From: Pseudobdellovibrionaceae bacterium
Lineage (GTDB): Bacteria > Bdellovibrionota > Bdellovibrionia > Bdellovibrionales > Bdellovibrionaceae
Direction: 5' to 3'
Length of the DNA: 18,947 nucleotides
Assembly (NCBI GenBank): GCA_041288045.1
Contig: JBGGMM010000183.1
Span: 1 to 18,947, forward strand
Shown: positions 16,278 through 18,947 of the stretch, in pieces
How positions within the stretch are numbered: the first letter of the stretch is position 1
Layout: each line of letters begins with the position of its first letter
Program-made: the position numbers and the translations under genes
Notes under the pieces: model-generated
Database searches by the model: none
Told to the model about the DNA's origin: nothing
What the model saw: the letters and a program-made list of their open reading frames with translations, nothing else

Positions 16278-18947
16278 ATGGCGAAAAAAGATCAAGCGAG
16301 TGCTGCAACAAGTGGAACAAAGTTGGTGATCGTAGAGTCCCCCACGAAAGCGAAGACAATTCGTAAATTTCTGGGCAAAGACTACATTGTTGAAAGCTGT
16401 ATGGGACACATACGGGATTTGCCTCAATCCGCCAAAGATATTCCTGAAAAAATCAAAAAGGAAAAATGGGCTTCTCTCGGAGTGAATGTCGAGAAAAATT
16501 TTGAACCCGTTTACTGCATTCCTCGTGACAAGCACAAAGTGGTGAAAAACCTCAAAGAGAAATTGGAAGAAGCAGATGAACTTTACTTGGCGACGGACGA
16601 AGACCGCGAAGGGGAAAGCATCAGTTGGCATTTGACCGAGGTCCTGAAGCCCAAAGTGCCGGTCAAGCGAATGGTCTTTCACGAGATCACCAAAGAGGCG
16701 ATCCATAAAGCTTTGAAGGACACTCGCGAAATTGATTTCAATTTGGTGTCGGCCCAAGAAGCTCGACGAATTTTAGATCGTTTGGTGGGTTACACAGTGT
16801 CGCCGCTGCTTTGGAAGAAAGTCGCCTACGGACTTTCTGCCGGGCGAGTGCAGTCCGTTGCTGTTCGCTTGATTGTGGAAAGAGAGCAAGAGCGGATCAA
16901 ATTTAAAAAAGCCGAATACTGGGGATTGCAAGCTCAGCTGGACAAATCAGGTTCCGTGTTTGAAAGCCGGCTCACCAGCCTCAAAGGGCAGCGAGTGGCG
17001 ACTGGAAAAGATTTTGATGGCACCACTGGGAAACTGGTGGGAGGCAAAGATGTTTTGATTTTGGATGAGAAAAAAGCCAAAGAATTGGTTTCGACTCTGA
17101 GGTCACAAAATTGGACTGTCACAGAAGTCGAAGAAAAGCCGACGACACGAAGACCGGCAGCCCCTTTTATCACTTCAACTTTGCAGCAAGAATCCAATCG
17201 AAAACTGGGCCTCAGCTCCAGGGAAACCATGCAAGTGGCGCAAAAACTTTACGAGCAGGGGTTTATCACCTACATGCGTACGGATTCGACCTTTCTGTCG
17301 ACAGAGGCGATTCAGGCGGCTCGAAGCGGTATTCAGGCCAAGTATGGCAAAGATTATCTGCCAGCTGAGCCTCGTAGTTATGCAGCTAAAAAAGTCAAAG
17401 GCGCTCAAGAGGCCCACGAAGCGATTCGCCCCGCGGGAACTCAGTTTCAAGACCCGGACGAGACGGGCCTTTCAGGTCTGCAGCTTCGATTGTATGAAAT
17501 GATTTGGAAACGAACTGTGGCCAGTCAAATGGTCGATGCCAGACAAAAACAAGTCTCTGCCAAAATCCAAGTGGGTGAGGCGATTTTTTCGGCCAGTGGA
17601 ATGACAATTGAGTTTCCGGGATTTTTGCGAGCCTATGTTGAAGGCAGTGATGATCCAGAAGCGGATTTGCAAGAGCGAGAAGTTCGACTTCCAGCCTTGA
17701 AAGAAAAAGATCCCTTGAAATGCGCTCAGCTGGACCCAACAGAGCATGAGACCAAACCTCCCGCTCGTTACACGGAAGCCAGTCTTGTGCAAACCATGGA
17801 AAAAGAAGGAATCGGCCGGCCCTCTACCTATGCTTCAATCATTGGAACGATCATTGATCGTGGCTATGTGAAAAAGCAGGGCACAGCGCTTGTTCCTACC
17901 TTCACTGCCATGGTGGTTTCAAAGCTTCTGAAGAATCACCTTTCCCAGTTTGTCGATCTTGGATTCACCTCTCAAATGGAAAGATCTCTAGATACAATTG
18001 CCGACGGCGAATTGAATTCAGAAAAATATCTGGAAAGCATTTATTTTGGAAAGACCGGTTTGAAAGAGCAGGTTGAATCGCAAGAAAAGAAAATCGATCC
18101 CGATGAGGCCCGAACGATCGCCTTGGAAGGGCTCGAAAAATTTTCTTTCCGCGTGGGAAAGTACGGAGCTTATGTCTGCACTCAAAAAGACGGAGCCGAA
18201 GTCTGCGCTTCGATTCCGGAAAGTGAGTCCCCTGCGGACATGACTGCAGAAGCGGCGGATAAATTGATTGATCAAAAAATCAATGGAGCCGATGCGCTTG
18301 GCAAGGATCCGGCAACAGGACTGCCGATTTATGTTCTGAATGGTCGCTATGGTCCCTATGTTCAGCTGGGCGATGTGACCGGAGAAGATGACAAACCAAA
18401 ACGAGTTTCCATCCCAGCGCAAATCCCACCAGAGACTGTCGGTCTCCAGCAAGCTTTGGAGCTTTTGTCTTTGCCGAAAACTTTAGGTCTGCATCCAGGG
18501 CTTGGCAAAGAAATCAAAGCAGGGCTTGGCCGCTTTGGTCCCTTTGTGGTTTGTGATGGTGATTACAGATCCATTCCGAAATCAGAAAGCATTTTTCAAA
18601 TCACTTTGGATCGAGCGCTGGAACTTTTTGCCCAACCGAAAAAAGGTCGTGGCAAAGCAGCTCCTTTGAAAGAGCTGGGGGCGCATCCGGCCAATGGTGA
18701 CGCTGTGAATGTGATGAACGGGCCGTATGGACCTTATATCAAATGTGGAAAAACCAATGTCTCTTTACCTGAAGGATCCACTCCAGAAGAAATGACCTTG
18801 GAAAAAGCAGTCGAGCTTTTGGCAGATAAAATAAAACCTGGAAAAGCTTCAGGTGGAAAAGCCAAATCAGCGAAGGTAGCCACACCAGCGAAAAAGAAAA
18901 AAGCGGTCCATAAACCCCCTCCATTTCCAGAGGTGGTGAAGGCGACT
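16278..18947 (+). CDS. topA: DNA topoisomerase I (type IA), 3'-truncated by the window edge
   Basis: Absent from the ORF track because there is no stop in the window. Read manually: LVIVESPTKAKTI, GHIRDL, ATDEDREGE, SAGRVQS, GFITYMRTDS (catalytic Tyr codon 17271), AHEAIRP, GIGRPSTY. Motifs checked fall in one frame (890 codons to the edge). SD AAGGA. Confidence 0.97.
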   Translation, partial: MAKKDQASAATSGTKLVIVESPTKAKTIRKFLGKDYIVESCMGHIRDLPQSAKDIPEKIKKEKWASLGVNVEKNFEPVYCIPRDKHKVVKNLKEKLEEADELYLATDEDREGESISWHLTEVLKPKVPVKRMVFHEITKEAIHKALKDTREIDFNLVSAQEARRILDRLVGYTVSPLLWKKVAYGLSAGRVQSVAVRLIVEREQERIKFKKAEYWGLQAQLDKSGSVFESRLTSLKGQRVATGKDFDGTTGKLVGGKDVLILDEKKAKELVSTLRSQNWTVTEVEEKPTTRRPAAPFITSTLQQESNRKLGLSSRETMQVAQKLYEQGFITYMRTDSTFLSTEAIQAARSGIQAKYGKDYLPAEPRSYAAKKVKGAQEAHEAIRPAGTQFQDPDETGLSGLQLRLYEMIWKRTVASQMVDARQKQVSAKIQVGEAIFSASGMTIEFPGFLRAYVEGSDDPEADLQEREVRLPALKEKDPLKCAQLDPTEHETKPPARYTEASLVQTMEKEGIGRPSTYASIIGTIIDRGYVKKQGTALVPTFTAMVVSKLLKNHLSQFVDLGFTSQMERSLDTIADGELNSEKYLESIYFGKTGLKEQVESQEKKIDPDEARTIALEGLEKFSFRVGKYGAYVCTQKDGAEVCASIPESESPADMTAEAADKLIDQKINGADALGKDPATGLPIYVLNGRYGPYVQLGDVTGEDDKPKRVSIPAQIPPETVGLQQALELLSLPKTLGLHPGLGKEIKAGLGRFGPFVVCDGDYRSIPKSESIFQITLDRALELFAQPKKGRGKAAPLKELGAHPANGDAVNVMNGPYGPYIKCGKTNVSLPEGSTPEEMTLEKAVELLADKIKPGKASGGKAKSAKVATPAKKKKAVHKPPPFPEVVKAT

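Noticed and set aside
16224..18924. Many short ORFs on both strands suggesting a fragmented or accessory region
   Set aside because: All are shadows of the single topA frame, which the track omitted because it has no stop in the window.

Overview
Gene-dense bacterial chromosomal segment, mostly housekeeping genes interspersed with exported hypothetical proteins. Gene content and protein style suggest a Bdellovibrionota (Bdellovibrio-like) organism; this is inference, not a database result. In order: three hypothetical genes; a displaced ribosomal cluster (rpsR divergent from rpmB-rplX); a ~170-nt rod-like inverted-repeat element; a secreted Cys protein coupled to a Nit1-type amidase; a small secreted protein; ETF:quinone oxidoreductase; RlmL-type rRNA methyltransferase; a lipoprotein S1 protease with a P-domain; lpxD coupled to a small membrane protein; a Lys/Ala-rich protein with a Tudor-like C-terminus; infA; tex; a SIMPL protein; a signal-peptide-bearing DUF2252 kinase-like protein behind a sigma54-type promoter; a HAD-IIB hydrolase; and topA, which runs off the window and is missing from the ORF track. 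I see no CRISPR array, transposase, integrase, tRNA or rRNA, and no complete novel multi-gene system that I can demonstrate. The best leads are the structured intergenic element, the exported kinase-like protein with its promoter, the atypical ribosomal proteins and the H1-like/Tudor-like fusion.
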